Of a stretch of 64,000 nucleotides of DNA, positions 49,391 through 62,142 are shown piece by piece. Origin of the DNA: Octopus bimaculoides (Eukaryota). Under the pieces are notes generated by a model, which was not told the DNA's origin, ran no database searches, and worked only from the letters and a program-made list of their open reading frames with translations. The DNA is taken from contig NC_068981.1 of assembly GCF_001194135.2 (NCBI RefSeq), forward strand, positions 2,942,676-3,006,675. The letters are read 5' to 3'. A program made the position numbers and the translations under genes. Numbering within the stretch: position 1 is the stretch's first letter; the number at the start of each line of letters is the position of its first letter.

Positions 49391-49566
49391 TATGAGAGGG
49401 TACTGAAAAGTTCCTGGCTTTAAGAGTATTGCGAAAGACCTGGCTGGAGACCCAAGCTTCTGAGTTCTTTTACAGGGCTTAGAAAAACTGAAGGACCACT
49501 GCGATAAGTGTGTGAATCTGAGATGGGAAGAATATGTTGAATAAAATCACAATTAACTGATCCTCC
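49391..49566 (+). mobile_element. mariner-derived non-autonomous element (left TIR plus transposase C-terminal remnant; right end lost in a gap)
   Basis: TATGAGAGGGTACTGAAAAGTTCC terminus; 49470-49544 translates LQGLEKLKDHCDKCVNLRWEEYVE*, matching the mariner C-terminal GxxKL..W.KC...G.YVE* pattern. Confidence 0.75.
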
Positions 49567-50252
49567 NNNNNNNNNNNNNNNNNNNNNNNNNNNNNNNNNN
49601 NNNNNNNNNNNNNNNNNNNNNNNNNNNNNNNNNNNNNNNNNNNNNNNNNNNNNNNNNNNNNNNNNNNNNNNNNNNNNNNNNNNNNNNNNNNNNNNNNNNN
49701 NNNNNNNNNNNNNNNNNNNNNNNNNNNNNNNNNNNNNNNNNNNNNNNNNNNNNNNNNNNNNNACTATCTTTGCTTGTAAATTCACTAATTACACAGAGAC
49801 TTTTATTTGGTTAGTGGAGCACACACTGCTCGATACAATGGACAGGGCTTCCTTCAGACATTCTCTTGAGTGGACAGAGAATTTCTGTTTTGCTTTTCAT
49901 GATGGAGAATTATGTCACTATTCAATTTGTTCATTTTTAGACAAATTCCTCAGGTAAGAAGACAAGCACTTTTGGGATGCACTGTTGCCACATTGTGTCT
50001 TTTTTTTTCACCTGCTGGATCTTATCTGTTTCCAGAAATGTCCTTTGGCAATATATGTGTGTATGTGTGCGTGCATGCATATGTGTGTGTGTGCTACTGC
50101 TGTTTGCCTTTATACTATGTACGCTAAAATCAATATTGTCACTATTATCTGTTTCATTGATATTTTTAAATATTATCATATATACATATGTATTAAACAC
50201 ACACACGCGCACACACACACACACGTGCACACACACACACACATACAAGCTC

Positions 50253-50291
<39 letters not shown>

Positions 50292-50722
50292 TATATGCAT
50301 GAGTGTGTATGTGTGTGTGTGTATTCAGATGATAGCACTTACAAGACTACTCGTGTTTCTTTTGCAAAATACTCACGCATTTACATATTGATACACATGC
50401 ACAGGCACTCACATACATACACTGACAAACACATGCTCATATATCTGCACACGTGTGCCCCATGCGTACATAAATACACACACACACACGCTTCTTTTAA
50501 ATGCAAACCTAGAGACTACATCTCCAAGATCATCATCATCATCATCTTCATCATCCGCGTTTAACGTCCGTTTTCCATGTTGGCATGAATTGGGCGGTTT
50601 GACTGGGGACTGGCAAGCCAGGATGCTGCACTAGGCTCGTAGAATCTCAACTGTTATACATACATACATATCAACTCATGCTAGCATGGAAAACGGATGT
50701 TAAACAACAATGATGATGATGA

Positions 50723-50770
<48 letters not shown>

Positions 50771-50974
50771 GTGTGTATGTGTGTGTGTGTGTGTGTGTGT
50801 GTATGAGTGTCTTAATACATTGCTTGTGCCATGCCCAAACGTTTTTTTCTTTTTCTGTGTTTTTTTGAATTGACTCTTCATTCCACACTCACATGGACCC
50901 TATGTCCTTCCAACTGTTTTGGCATACCTGATTCATAGATCTCTCTCTACCATTGGATTGTGTCACCTTATTCA

Positions 50975-51098
50975 CATGGCTTTCTAACCACATGGTACAA
51001 GGTCTTCTACTATAGCCTCAGGCCAACCAAAGCCTTCTGAATGGATTTGGTAGACGAGAACTGAAAGAAGCCCATTGCATATATACATACATACATGC

Positions 51099-51136
<38 letters not shown>

Positions 51137-51303
51137 TTGTGTATGATGGCAGGGGATTTATGTCTCTGTAACTTAGCAGTTCAGCAAAAGTACCAATAGA
51201 ACAAGTACTGGGCTTACAACGAATAAGTCCTGGAGTCGATTTGTTTGACTAAAGGCAGTGCTCCAGCATGGCTGCAGTCAAATGACTGAAACAAATAAAA
51301 AAA
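50975..51303 (+). mobile_element. CORE-SINE family A
   Basis: Family A body, internal (TG)n and tail. Confidence 0.85.
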
Positions 51304-52451
51304 ATATAATATATATATATGTAGATAGATTACAAATGATGCTCACATGTAAAAATTTTTTTTACTTAAAAATATAAAAAGCATCATCAACATTGCTTTA
51401 AACCATATTACCGTCTCTAGGAATTTGAAAGTCTAAGATACGTCTAGAATCAGTTCATTAATTGAGAGCTTAACATTTTGAAATACCTCCATCCACACGC
51501 TCACGCTTCTTTGGTTGTTGGCTTTCAGGAATTTTTCTTTATCTGACACATCGTTCAGTTATGTAATGTGTAGATTACATAACTGCTGTATCAATGAAAA
51601 CATACATTGACCCTAAACTGACAGACACATACGCAATTGTGTGTACAACCCCAAGACCTGACATTTGAACCATGACATCATTTACTCATGAAATAAGGAA
51701 CAGTTTTTTGTTTCTTTTATTTTGATTACAGGCATGGCTCTGTGTGGTAAGAAGTTTGCTTTTCAAACACATGGTTCCAGGTTCAGTCCCACTGCCTGGC
51801 AGTAACTTTCAAGATAAGGAATCTTTGAGAGGGGAGGGGGCATTGGAGGAGGTGATCTTGTGTCAGATGATGAAAGGTTAGGGTGTGACAGAGAAACAGA
51901 GAGACAGAAACTGATGTTTTGCTGTAGAGGAGGTACATGGTTACCTGGCCAGAGAGAGAGAGAGAGAGAGGGTATATGTCTAAAACCATATTCCATCAGA
52001 ACTTACTCCAACAATAATGTATATCTAAAACTGAACTTCAAAAGTACATGTTTAAAACAGTACTTTAACAGAACATATCTAAAGTTGTACTTTTGATATA
52101 AACTTACGGATGCAATACTTGGACACATCATCAGTATTGTATCCTGGAGTCACCAGGTGTTTTGAGTCTTCTATAAATCCTCATCCAGTTGACCCAACAT
52201 AGACAGATCAATCCTAAGCCTGTATCCAGACAGCATTCTACTGACCCATTGACCACCTCTTTTCAACCAGGAGCCACTTAGATTCTTTCTCAGTAGCCTC
52301 TACATTGTTCTTCTCCTGCATGCACCTGAAATGCCAAGAGTTCTATAGGTCTTACTCAGGGTGCATCCTGAAAACCCTCAACTGCCATCCTACATTGGTA
52401 AACATGTTGTTTTCTACCCATTCTTGTAACAGTCCTCCACCAGCTTCTGGT

Positions 52452-52763
52452 CATTGTTGTTGTTTGTTCCTTCTCGAGCCATGCCTGACTCATAAGGGAT
52501 AGTTTCCTGGTTTCATTGGAGTATAGGTTCCCCACCTGGATGGGATGCCAGTTCATCGCAGGTGAGTTGCTAGATGAAGGAGGAAAGAGTGAGAGAAAGT
52601 TGTGGTGAAAGAATCAGCAGAAATTTGCCATTACCTTCTGACAGAGCCATGTGGAGCTTAGGTGTTTCGCTCATAAACACGCACATTGCCTAGTCTGAGA
52701 TTTGAACCCACGATTCCTTGACCACAAGTCTACTGCTCTAACCAATAGGCCATGTGCTTCCAT
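52452..52763 (-). mobile_element. tRNA-derived SINE inserted in the HERO remnant with a 12-bp target-site duplication
   Basis: CCAGCTTCTGGT at 52440-52451 and 52764-52775. Reverse strand has A-box TGGCCTATTGG, B-box GGTTCAAATC and a (CAA)-like tail. Confidence 0.88.
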
Positions 52764-52846
52764 CCAGCTTCTGGTACTAACTCTTTTCTTCTCTTGAGCC
52801 TCCTCCCAAGACACATTTAACTCCAGTAGGACTAGCTGCTGTGCTA

Positions 52847-53100
52847 CTGTTGTATAATGAAACTGTACACCCCTCTCAATAAAAAGTGGTAGTAGCCAGC
52901 CATTATAAATAGACCAGTAGTTGGTCAACAGGAGAAGGTCAGAAGGTCAAGAATACAAGAGCACATGCAGACTGTGTTTATAGTCATGTCTGTGCTGATA
53001 TAGTAATTATACTGTGAAACTGAATTATAACGATCCAACCTTTTGAGGATAATAACACTGTATGACTGGGGGTCATGTATCTGGGGGTGCCAGATAGAAC
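52847..53100. repeat. Unclassified 250-bp repeat nested in HERO (inverted homolog at 56837-57058)
   Basis: Shared blocks such as ATGACCCCCAGTCATACAG and AATTACTATATCAGCACAGACAT. Confidence 0.8.
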
Positions 53101-53894
53101 CATTCTATCGATGACTTTGTAATATAACCATATCTGTCAGAGCAACAACTGTCATCAAAGAACAGATACAAGAGTGGTAAAAGATCACTTTACAACAATT
53201 ACCTTGGAAATAAAGATAATATCTGATCTCAAACAAGGTGTCGGTGATGTGTGCTCGAAACTGAAGCTGTTTCTCCATATCTGTCACCCAATCGAATGCT
53301 GGGGAAAGCAATTCCTTGGAGCTATTCTTGGGTCTTTTCATTGGCCTCTCTTTCTTTTGATAAAAGATAATCTTCTGGTTATAGTGCTGGCATTTTTGTT
53401 GTTGCTGAACCTCTTGTTGATTGTCTCAGCAATGGCCTTGAGGACCTGACACTGTCTCCAACAGTAGTGTGCTTCATTCAATGCCCTGAAGTACCTGCTT
53501 AAGATGTGCTCAAGGATTCTGTCTAAGAATATAGGGGGAATGCAGGGCTTTCCCACTAAATCCATCATTATCATCATTTTAATGTCCCCTCTTCCGTGCT
53601 TGTTTTCTACATTCAGATACCCTCCCTGATGCAAACCCCCATCTCTTTCCAAATATGGTAATAATTTTCCAGTGAGAGGACAACAGGCAACGTTTGTGTG
53701 GAGAATTAGAAACAAACGACACCAGTTGAACAAGTCTCTTGTTTCTAAAAGATTGCACAGCATGTGTAGAAGCATGTGAAGAAGCCCTGACATGCTTTCA
53801 CATGAATTGTAAACAAATGACATTGTTTGCATGAGAGGCCATTGTCCGTTGTTTACAACCAGTGAACACATGAAAACAAGGGGCAATACAAACT

Positions 53895-53928
<34 letters not shown>

Positions 53929-54264
53929 CACACACACACAAACACACATTAGTGTAGCTAGTGGGGTGGTCCACCCCTAGCGGCACTTTTAGAGTACCAC
54001 TTTTGGGTCTGTTATAGGCAATATGTGTTTTTTGTGGGGTCTGGGGGTGGAAAACAGAAGGTCCACCCTGGGTGGCACACACTCTAGCTACAATTGTGCA
54101 AACATGCACGCACACACACACACACACACACACAGGTATGGCTGTGTGGCTAAAAAGCTTACTTCCCAACCATGTGGTCTGAGGCTCTATCCCACTGCAC
54201 ACCACCTTGGACAGGTGTTTTTTGAGTGTATTTGGAAGATGAAAACTGAAAGAAGCCCTTCATA

Positions 54265-54299
<35 letters not shown>

Positions 54300-54734
54300 C
54301 TGTGAGTGTGTGCCTTTATTTTGACATCATGTGATGGTTATAGATAAGCATCACCATCATACAATCAATGTTGTTTATTTGCTGTCTTCCGTGAAAATAT
54401 GTCTGGCCAATATTCCCTTGCATCAAGGTGGCGAGTTGGCAGAATTGCTAACATGCTGGTCAAAATGCTTAGTGGCATTTCGTTTATCTTTATATTCTGA
54501 GTTCAATTTCTGCTGAGGGCAACTTAGCCTTTCATCCTTTCAGGGTCGATGAAATAAGAACCAGTCAAGAACTGATGTCGATGCAATCAACTAACCCATC
54601 TCCCACAAAATTGCTGGCCTTGTGCCAAAATCTGAAACCAATATTACATTGCTGCAAAATAGTTAAGGGCTGGCAATAGAAAATCTGCCTCAACAAATTC
54701 CTTTTGACCCATGCAAGCATGGAAAAGTGGACAT

Positions 54735-55024
54735 TAGGCACAGGAGTGGCTGTATGGTAAGTAGCTTGCTTACGAACCACATGGTTCCGGGTTCAGTCCC
54801 ACTGCGTGGCACCTTAGGCAAGTGTCTTCTACTATAGAATTGGGCCGACTAAAGCCTTGTGAGTGGATTTGGAAGACGGAAACTGAAAGAAGCCCATCGG
54901 ATATATGTATATATATATATATACANNNNNNNNNNNNNNNNNNNNNNNNNNNNNNNNNNNNNNNNNNNNNNNNNNNNNNNNNNNNNNNNNNNNNNNNNNN
55001 NNNNNNNNNNNNNNNNNNNNNNNN

Positions 55025-55074
<50 letters not shown>

Positions 55075-55288
55075 AGTTTGTGTGTCTGTGTTTGTCCCCC
55101 CAACATCGCTTGACAACCGATGCTGGTGTATTTACGTCCCCGTAACTTAGCGGTTCGGCAAAAGATACCGATAGAATAAATACAAGGCTTACAAAGAATA
55201 AGTCCTGGGGTCGATTTGCTCGACTAAAAGCAGTGCTCCAGCATGGCCACAGTCAAATGACTGAAACAAGTAAAAGAGTAAAAGAGTA
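54735..55288 (+). mobile_element. CORE-SINE family A, young full-length copy with a gap in its internal (TA)n
   Basis: Near-consensus sequence with CpGs retained; A-box, B-box, CORE and tail. Confidence 0.92.
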
Positions 55289-55519
55289 ATAGTTTGTAAT
55301 ATAAAAGAGCATTGGTTACTATTTCTAGCAGGTCAAATGACCACGTAGAAGCCTCCCTTCACTTTGTGTCGCTTGATATCAACTGTGAAGGGAAGGCAGC
55401 ACAAGGTCAGTGTTGGCAAGAATTTCATTCATTCATATTGAGTCACCAAATTTTACTGTTTGTGGTGGGGGTGGGGGTGGGGGAGCATTGAATGGTTCTC
55501 TGGATTGTGTCATCACTTC

Positions 55520-56075
55520 TAGATGTCATTGTCACCACTATCACCATAGTGGTCAAAGTCGTCGTCATCATCGTCATCGTCGTCGTCGTGGAGAGTGGTG
55601 ACAATGGCAGTGGTGGAGGCAACAGTGGTGGCACTGGTAGTAAAGGTAACGGCAGTGGTGGTAGTAATGGTGGTGGTGGTGGTAGCAGTAATGGCCGTAG
55701 TGACTCTGGAAGTGGTGGTACTGGTGCTGGTGGTACTCGTAGCAGCAATTGTGGTTTTAGTGGTTTAGGAGAAGGGTTATAACAGTATTAATAGTGGTGG
55801 TGGTGGTAGCAGCAGTAGTTAGTAGTAGTAGTAGTAGTAGCAGCAGCAACAGTAGTGATAGTGGTGATGATGGGAGAGGAGGTGAGGTGTTGGTGGTGGT
55901 GATGGTGGTTGTGTTGGTAGTGGTGGTGGTTGTTGTTGTTGTTGTTGTTGTGGTGGTGGTGGTGGTTGTTGTTGTTGTTGCTGTTGTTGTGGTGGTGGTG
56001 GAGGAGGACGAAGAGGAGGTTGTGGTGGTGATGGAGGAGGAGGAAGAGGAGGCTGTGGTGGTGGTGGTAGCAGTA
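55520..56075. repeat. Low-complexity trinucleotide block (GGT/AGT/GTT/GAG)n
   Basis: Compound imperfect triplet repeats seen directly. Confidence 0.9.
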
Positions 56076-57589
56076 TTAAAGCTGAAGCATTACCATAACG
56101 ATGATGCTTACGTGTCAATGGCGACTTGACTGATGCCTAAATCCTGCACTTGACCTCCCCAAACTTAGGAAGTTGCTATTGCACTTAATAGGGACGTGAC
56201 AGATTTATCTGAGCGTTAACTTCCATCCAACAGTTGATAGGTTTGGTTTTTCTTTCTCCTTATTTTGTTTTTCAAAAATAAGATGACAGTTGAATCAGNN
56301 NNNNNNNNNNNNNNNNNNNNNNNNNNNNNNNNNNNNNNNNNNNNNNNNNNNNNNNNNNNNNNNNNNNNNNNNNNNNNNNNNNNNNNNNNNNNNNNNNNNN
56401 NNNNNNNNNNNNNNNNNNNNNNNNNNNNNNNNNNNNNNNNNNNNNNNNNNNNNNNNNNNNNNNNNNNNNCTTCAACGTTTCTACATTTCGCTCGAAAAGA
56501 AAGTTTTTGGCATCATTTCCTTTTTCTTTTTAAAAAAATTTTTTTTTTTGTTGCTATTTTTATTTTTAAGGTTACTTAGAAACTGAGATTCTGAGGTGAG
56601 AAAGGGGTGAACAAAGTTTAAGGAGTTATTGCTTCTGTAAGAGACAAAGGGTTTCCTTCATGACTGCCAAAAAAAATATACTGCATGATTAAGATCATCA
56701 ATCATCATCATCATCATCATCATCAAAATCATCACCACCACTGTTGTAAAACTGTGTTTTGCCACTGCTATATTTGTCCTTTAACAACAGTTGTCACTCT
56801 CAAAGATATTAAATTACGAAATCGTCAATAAAATGTTTCTATCTGGCACTATATGACCCCCAGTCATACAGTATTATTATCCTTAAAAGGTTGAATCATT
56901 ATAACGCCCACTCAGTATCACAGTATAATTACTATATCAGCACAGACATAACTATCAACACAGTCTACACATACTCTCAACCTTCTACTAATTTATTCAT
57001 AATGGCTGTTTACTACCACTTTCTGCTGGGAGGTGTATACAGTTTCACTATACAACAGGAACTAAACCCAGAAACATGCAGTTTGTAAGCAAGCTTCTTA
57101 CCACACAGCCATGCCAGTGCTTAAGCCATACAAATTTTTAACCCTGTGATAAAATTATGTGTACACTGAATGCTTATGTAAATGTAAACTTGAAATTGTT
57201 TCAAGATAATTGAAGTATAGCCCATCTCGCATGGTTAATAAAACTGTATTGACATGTTTTAATGAGGACCTGACCAATCTCCAACCACTGACAATAATAC
57301 CCCCACCCCACCATTCTTGTATAAAAATCATTTTAAAGGAAGCACATTAAAAATATTATTAGGAATTTAAAAAAAAACTTTTTAAAACAAACTATTCCAG
57401 ACTCTTTCCTGTGTACATTAATTTCTGTTGCCATGTAAATGAGAGTGAAACATGTTTATGGCAGAAGTTGTCTCAGAAAGACATAATCAAGAAGAAGAAG
57501 AGAGTTCAGCTCAAAAGGAGGTTGAATCAAGGAACAGGAAATGCAGGGTCAAGATGACCACACGGAAAAGAAACCAACAAAATACATTG

Positions 57590-57592
57590 AAC

Positions 57593-57624
<32 letters not shown>

Positions 57625-58745
57625 TGATGATAGTGGTGGTAGTGGTGGAGGTGATGGTGGTGTTCGTCATCATAAGGATGCTGATAGCAGTGATGTCGAT
57701 AATATAATAACAATGATGAGAATGATGAAAACAGTGAGGATGGTGATAAATAAGGACTGCAACGGCAATGGTGGTGACGGTGGTGACAATGATGACAATG
57801 ATGACAATGATTGTGATGATGATGATCATCATTTAACGTCCATTTTCCCCGCTGGCATGGGTCGGACAGTTTGACAGGAGCTGGCAAGTCAGAGAGCCTC
57901 ATCAGGCTCCAGTTGTCTGTTTTGGCATGGTTTCTACAGCTGGATATCTTTCCTAATGCCAGCCACTTCACAGTGTATACTGGATGTTTTTTATTTTACA
58001 TGGCACCAGCACAAGTACTTTTTATGTGGCACCAGTGCCGTTGCTCTTTATGTGGCACCACAATGATAATCATAATAATGGTAATATATAATACCATACA
58101 ATTCCTTTCAAGCACTGGGCCTCACAGAGGCAAAGTGGCTGAGTTCCTTTTGAGTGTTGGGCCTCACGGAGGCAATGACCAAGACCTTTGGCATTATGTT
58201 GTGCTTGAGAAGAAGACCCATCAAGCTGAGCAAAATCATAGTCGTGGCAGACACCAGTGTCACACAAATGGCACGTAAAATCACCCATTACACTCTCAGA
58301 GTGGTTGGCGTTAGGAAGGACATCCAGCCATAGAAAACCATGCCAAATCAGACTGGAGTCTGGTGCAGCCTTCCAGTGTGCCAGCCTTGGTCAAACCATC
58401 CAACCCATACCAACATGGACAATGGACAATAAATGATGATGATGATGATGATGACAATTCCATGACATTTTACTTTTCCTTCCATCAGTCTCCAGCAGAT
58501 AAATCAAGTGTCAGTGCAACGAAGATGATGACGATGATGATGGTAATGATGATGATTATGATGATGAGGATGAGGATGATGATGATGATGGTGAAGACAG
58601 TGATGATGATATCATAACAACAATGACGATCATGATGACAATGACAAAAATGATGACAACAATCATGATGATGATGGTGGTGGTGGTGATGGTGATGAGG
58701 ATTATGATGACAACAACAACAACAGCGATGATGAAGATGATGAAG
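57590..58745. repeat. (GAT/GGT/GAC)n low-complexity tracts interleaved with two family B elements (57818-58050 minus, 58250-58453 plus)
   Basis: Triplet tracts extend from the family B (GAT)n tails. Confidence 0.8.
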
Positions 58746-59240
58746 ACTTCCCATGTGTAAGAACCTTCTGATGACTTTCCCAGTTTTAGCGCCATACCAT
58801 TCCATACCATTCCCTCCTCAGTCAGCTGAGTCAATCCTTTATTCGTTTTCATTTCTCTTGATACCTCTGAAATTCCTACACCTACATTTCTTTCATCAAC
58901 CAACAAGGGAGCTTTGATGGGGAGGTGGTGCTCAAAACGCTATATATAGCAGCTGCATCTTACTCAAATCATAACATCCTAGTATCTTAAAAGGAAGTGC
59001 ACATTCAATAATGTAGTCCCAGGTACACTATGTATGACACTATAAAGTAGGCAAGATGGTTACGACTGGAATGTTTCTTCCCCACAATTATATTCAATCA
59101 TGGCCAACATAAAGCTAAACAACACACACACAAACTAACAATTTTGTTGCTGGTGTTTTTACTATTTGACATACACTCTTGTTCTATATATGCTGTTTGG
59201 TATATACTAATGTTTTATATATATCACTATTTTATATATA

Positions 59241-59612
59241 CTGTGGTAAGTAGCTTGCTTACCAAACGCATGGTTCCAGGTTCAGTCCCACTGTGTGGCA
59301 CCTTGGGCAAGTGTCTTCTACTATAGCCTCAGGCTGACCAAAGTCTTGTGAGTGGATTTGGTAGACGGAAACTGAAAAAAGCCCTTCATATATGTGTCTG
59401 TGTGTGTGTGTTTGTGTGTCTGTGTTTGTCCTCCACCATTGCTTGACAACCAATGGTGACGTGTCTACATCCCCGATAACTTAGCGGTTCAGCAAAAGTA
59501 ATTGATAGACTAAGTACTAGCCTTAAAAAGAATAAGTCATGGGATTGATTTGTTCGACTAAAGGCAGTGCTCCAGCATGGCCACAGTCAAATGACTGAAA
59601 CAAATAAAGAAT
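59241..59612 (+). mobile_element. CORE-SINE family A
   Basis: B-box, CORE, internal (TG)n and tail. Confidence 0.88.
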
Positions 59613-59790
59613 GTATTATTTTGAAGATTGGCTGTATGGTAAGAACTATTGGCTTCCCAGCCACATGGTTCCAGGTTCAATCCCACTGTATGGTACCTTG
59701 GGGAAAGTGTCTTCTGATATAGTCTTGGGTCAACCAAAACCTTGTGAGTGGATTTAGTCGACAGAAACTAAAAGACACCCATCATTTATA

Positions 59791-60044
59791 TATTGGGTTG
59801 GTGTATAATTATTGCGGCTTTTTTTCAACAAATTTTATTCAACAAAGACAATAACAATATTTAACAAAACATCTTTAAATGATGGTCTGACCGTCTGCCA
59901 AGCAAATGGGAAGCAGTAATTGAAGTAGATGGTGAATATGCTCCGGAATAATCATTTAAAGATGTTTTTGTTACATGTTGTTATTATTTTTGTTGAATAA
60001 AATTTGTTGAAAAAATGTCGCAACAATTATGCACCAACCCAATA
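59791..60044 (+). mobile_element. mariner-derived MITE with long TIRs and transposase C-terminal remnant
   Basis: TIRs TATTGGGTTGGTGTATAATT.. / ..AATTATGCACCAACCCAATA in a TA context. 59886-59951 translates SDRLPSKWEAVIEVDGEYAPE*, like the mariner C-terminus (KLPERWxKVIxxDGxY). Confidence 0.88.
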
Positions 60045-60109
60045 TATATATATATATACATGTTTATATGCATGTATATATGTATGTATATGTATGTGTG
60101 TGTGTATAT

Positions 60110-60290
60110 ATATGGGAGAATTTACGAAAGAAACAACAACAGACGAGGACAGGTGGTGTAAACAACAAAAGGATGTATTAGTTTAAGGCTCGGGAATAGA
60201 AAATGTCTTTAACGGTTCAAGCTACGCTCTTCAACAGAAAGGAACACAGAAAGAAATAAGGAGAGAAACAAGGAGAAAAAAAATTTAAAT
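60110..60290 (-). mobile_element. Penelope-like terminal fragment, degenerate hammerhead
   Basis: Reverse strand CTTT CTGTTGA A GAGC GTA GCTT GAACCGTT AAAG (60241-60207); closely similar to 22680-22850. Confidence 0.55.
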
Positions 60291-60391
60291 GTAGTGGTCA
60301 GCGATCTATCATGGCGAAAAATGTGTGTATATATATGTATATATATGTATATATATGTATATATGTATATATATATGTATATATATATGTG

Positions 60392-60425
<34 letters not shown>

Positions 60426-60804
60426 GGTAAATGATAGGATTGCTTCAATTTTTCAGGGGTAGTCTGAAGAATCCAAGCAACCAGGGGATGTTTAAATCCG
60501 GAGGCACTCCTGGGAATTACTTGTGTGGGTACCGTCTTCGTTAGAGGGTATCCAGAGGCAGGTAATTTATTGTTTAAACCGCAGTTTATAATTATAGTTA
60601 TGTGGAGAATAATATTCTCCACTTAACTATATATATATATATACATACACACACACACAAGGTGCAGCGAATGAATTGTCTAAATCATGCAAAAATGAAA
60701 ATAACACAGATATCTCATTTTCACAGATACATTTACCAAAATGACATAAAAATATCTTGAGATACTAATGCCAACCTTCCTTCATTGGACACTAAACTCA
60801 GTTT

Positions 60805-61288
60805 GCAAAGACCTGTTGGGGCAAGTGAGATCGAAACTGAACCAAATTCAATGACTGGTATCCGTGACAGTGGAACATTAACAGCACCATCCGAGCGGGA
60901 TCAATGCCAGAGCAGTGATCTCGCTCCCGTGCTGGTGGCATGTAAAAATCACCATTTGAGCGCAATCGTTTCCAGTTTCGCCTTACTGGCACTTGTGCCA
61001 GTGGCATGTGAACAAAACATTGAACTGACTCCTGTGCAGGCGGCACGTAAAAACACCATTTGAGTGTGGAGTTGCCAGTACCGCCAGACTGGCCCTCATG
61101 CCAGTGGCATGTAAAAAGCACCCACTACACTCTCGGAGTGGTTGGCATTAGGAAGTGCATCCAACTGTAGAAACTCTGCCAGATCAGATTGGAGTCTGGT
61201 GCAGCCATCTGGTTCGCCAGTCCCCAGTCAAATCGTCCAACCCATGCTAGCTTGGAAAGCGGACGTTAAATGATGATGATGATGATGT
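60805..61288 (+). mobile_element. Family B element with the longest tandem head in the window
   Basis: About 4-5 GGCA(C/T)GTAAAA..CACCAT subunits before the AGGAAG(G/T)GCATCCA core and (GAT)n tail. Confidence 0.8.
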
Positions 61289-62142
61289 GAGCCCAACGCT
61301 CTAATCACTGAGCCATGTGCCTTCACATACTGTTTTAGATATACAACTGTTTTAAGCATACTACTGTTTCATCAACTACTTATATATACTAATGTATTAT
61401 ATATCCTCTATTGTACTTATACAGCTGTTTTATACTGCTGAATCTGCAACTTGGGAAATTTGATCCTGTTGAGTGGAGGAGTAGAGGATATCTTATGGGA
61501 AGTCATACTAAAGTAGTTTCCTGTGTCTTTCTCCAAGTCCAAGCAAAGACTTGAAATAACCACTGAAATCAAACAGGAATTAACAGGATCTCTATCAAGT
61601 CACACAGTTCAATGATGGAGGCTGTGTGTGGGTTTTCAATGCTCATCCTGATGGACTTCCTCACAGCCTCTGTCCATTAAACTTCATTCACAAGGGTTTG
61701 GACAACCTGGAACTATAGGAGAAAATGTTACAACCAGGAACTGAAACTGAATTCATGTAGTCACTTGGCCATGCCTGCTAGAAATAGCAGCAAAATCTAC
61801 CTTAAATCCTGTCCTAAAAGTCTACTTTGTGTTTGCTGGCTCATAAACCCAGAAATAATTGGGGTTTACAAGGCATTGAGGCTGAAAATACAATGCTCAC
61901 CCCTGAAAGGAACACCAGTTCATTGCAGGTTTAACCCCTACCCCAAGATGCCACCGGTACTCTTTTTCAGTTGAGTGCACTTCAGCAATGTGAAATGAAG
62001 TGCCTTGCTCAAGGACACACTATGCCATCTGTCTCTAATACTTTTAAACGCAGCACATGAATCGCAGGTTTACATGCCTTCACCAAATCACACCTTACCA
62101 TCATGAAAAGGTAAAGACACATCGGACAATATAATCCTGGTT

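Larger units (their letters stand above)
52105..53545 (-). mobile_element. Decayed HERO-like RLE non-LTR retrotransposon, split into three pieces (53200-53545, 52764-52845, 52105-52451)
   Basis: Translations LEHILSRYFRALNEAHYCWRQCQVLKAIAETI; LLSPAFDW..DMEKQLQF; SDIIFISK; QLVLLELNVSWEE; YQKLVEDCYKNG*K; GFSGCTLSKTYRTLGISGACRRRT; EATEKESKW / WLKRGGQW. These occur in the expected order for a HERO zinc-knuckle/RLE C-terminus, with many stops and frameshifts. Confidence 0.8.

Noticed and set aside
53338-53949. 203-aa ORF as a host gene
   Set aside because: It is a chimera of a (TG)n tract, repeat fragments and the HERO relic.
55443-56129. Gly/Ser-rich, Pro/Gln-rich and Val-rich ORFs resembling secreted or structural proteins
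   Set aside because: Both strands and several frames are open because of GGT/AGT/GTT triplet repeats; there are no convincing splice or start signals, and similar tracts recur at 57590-58745.
57446-57595. Charged-residue open frames (MFMAEVVSERHNQEEEESSAQKEVESR...)
   Set aside because: Purine-rich sequence is open in two frames, has no clear splice donor and no recognisable homology.
60454-60561. Exon-like segment with strong acceptor and donor
   Set aside because: The frames I translated from the acceptor hit stops before the donor, and it adjoins a Penelope-like fragment, so it is probably repeat-derived or non-coding.
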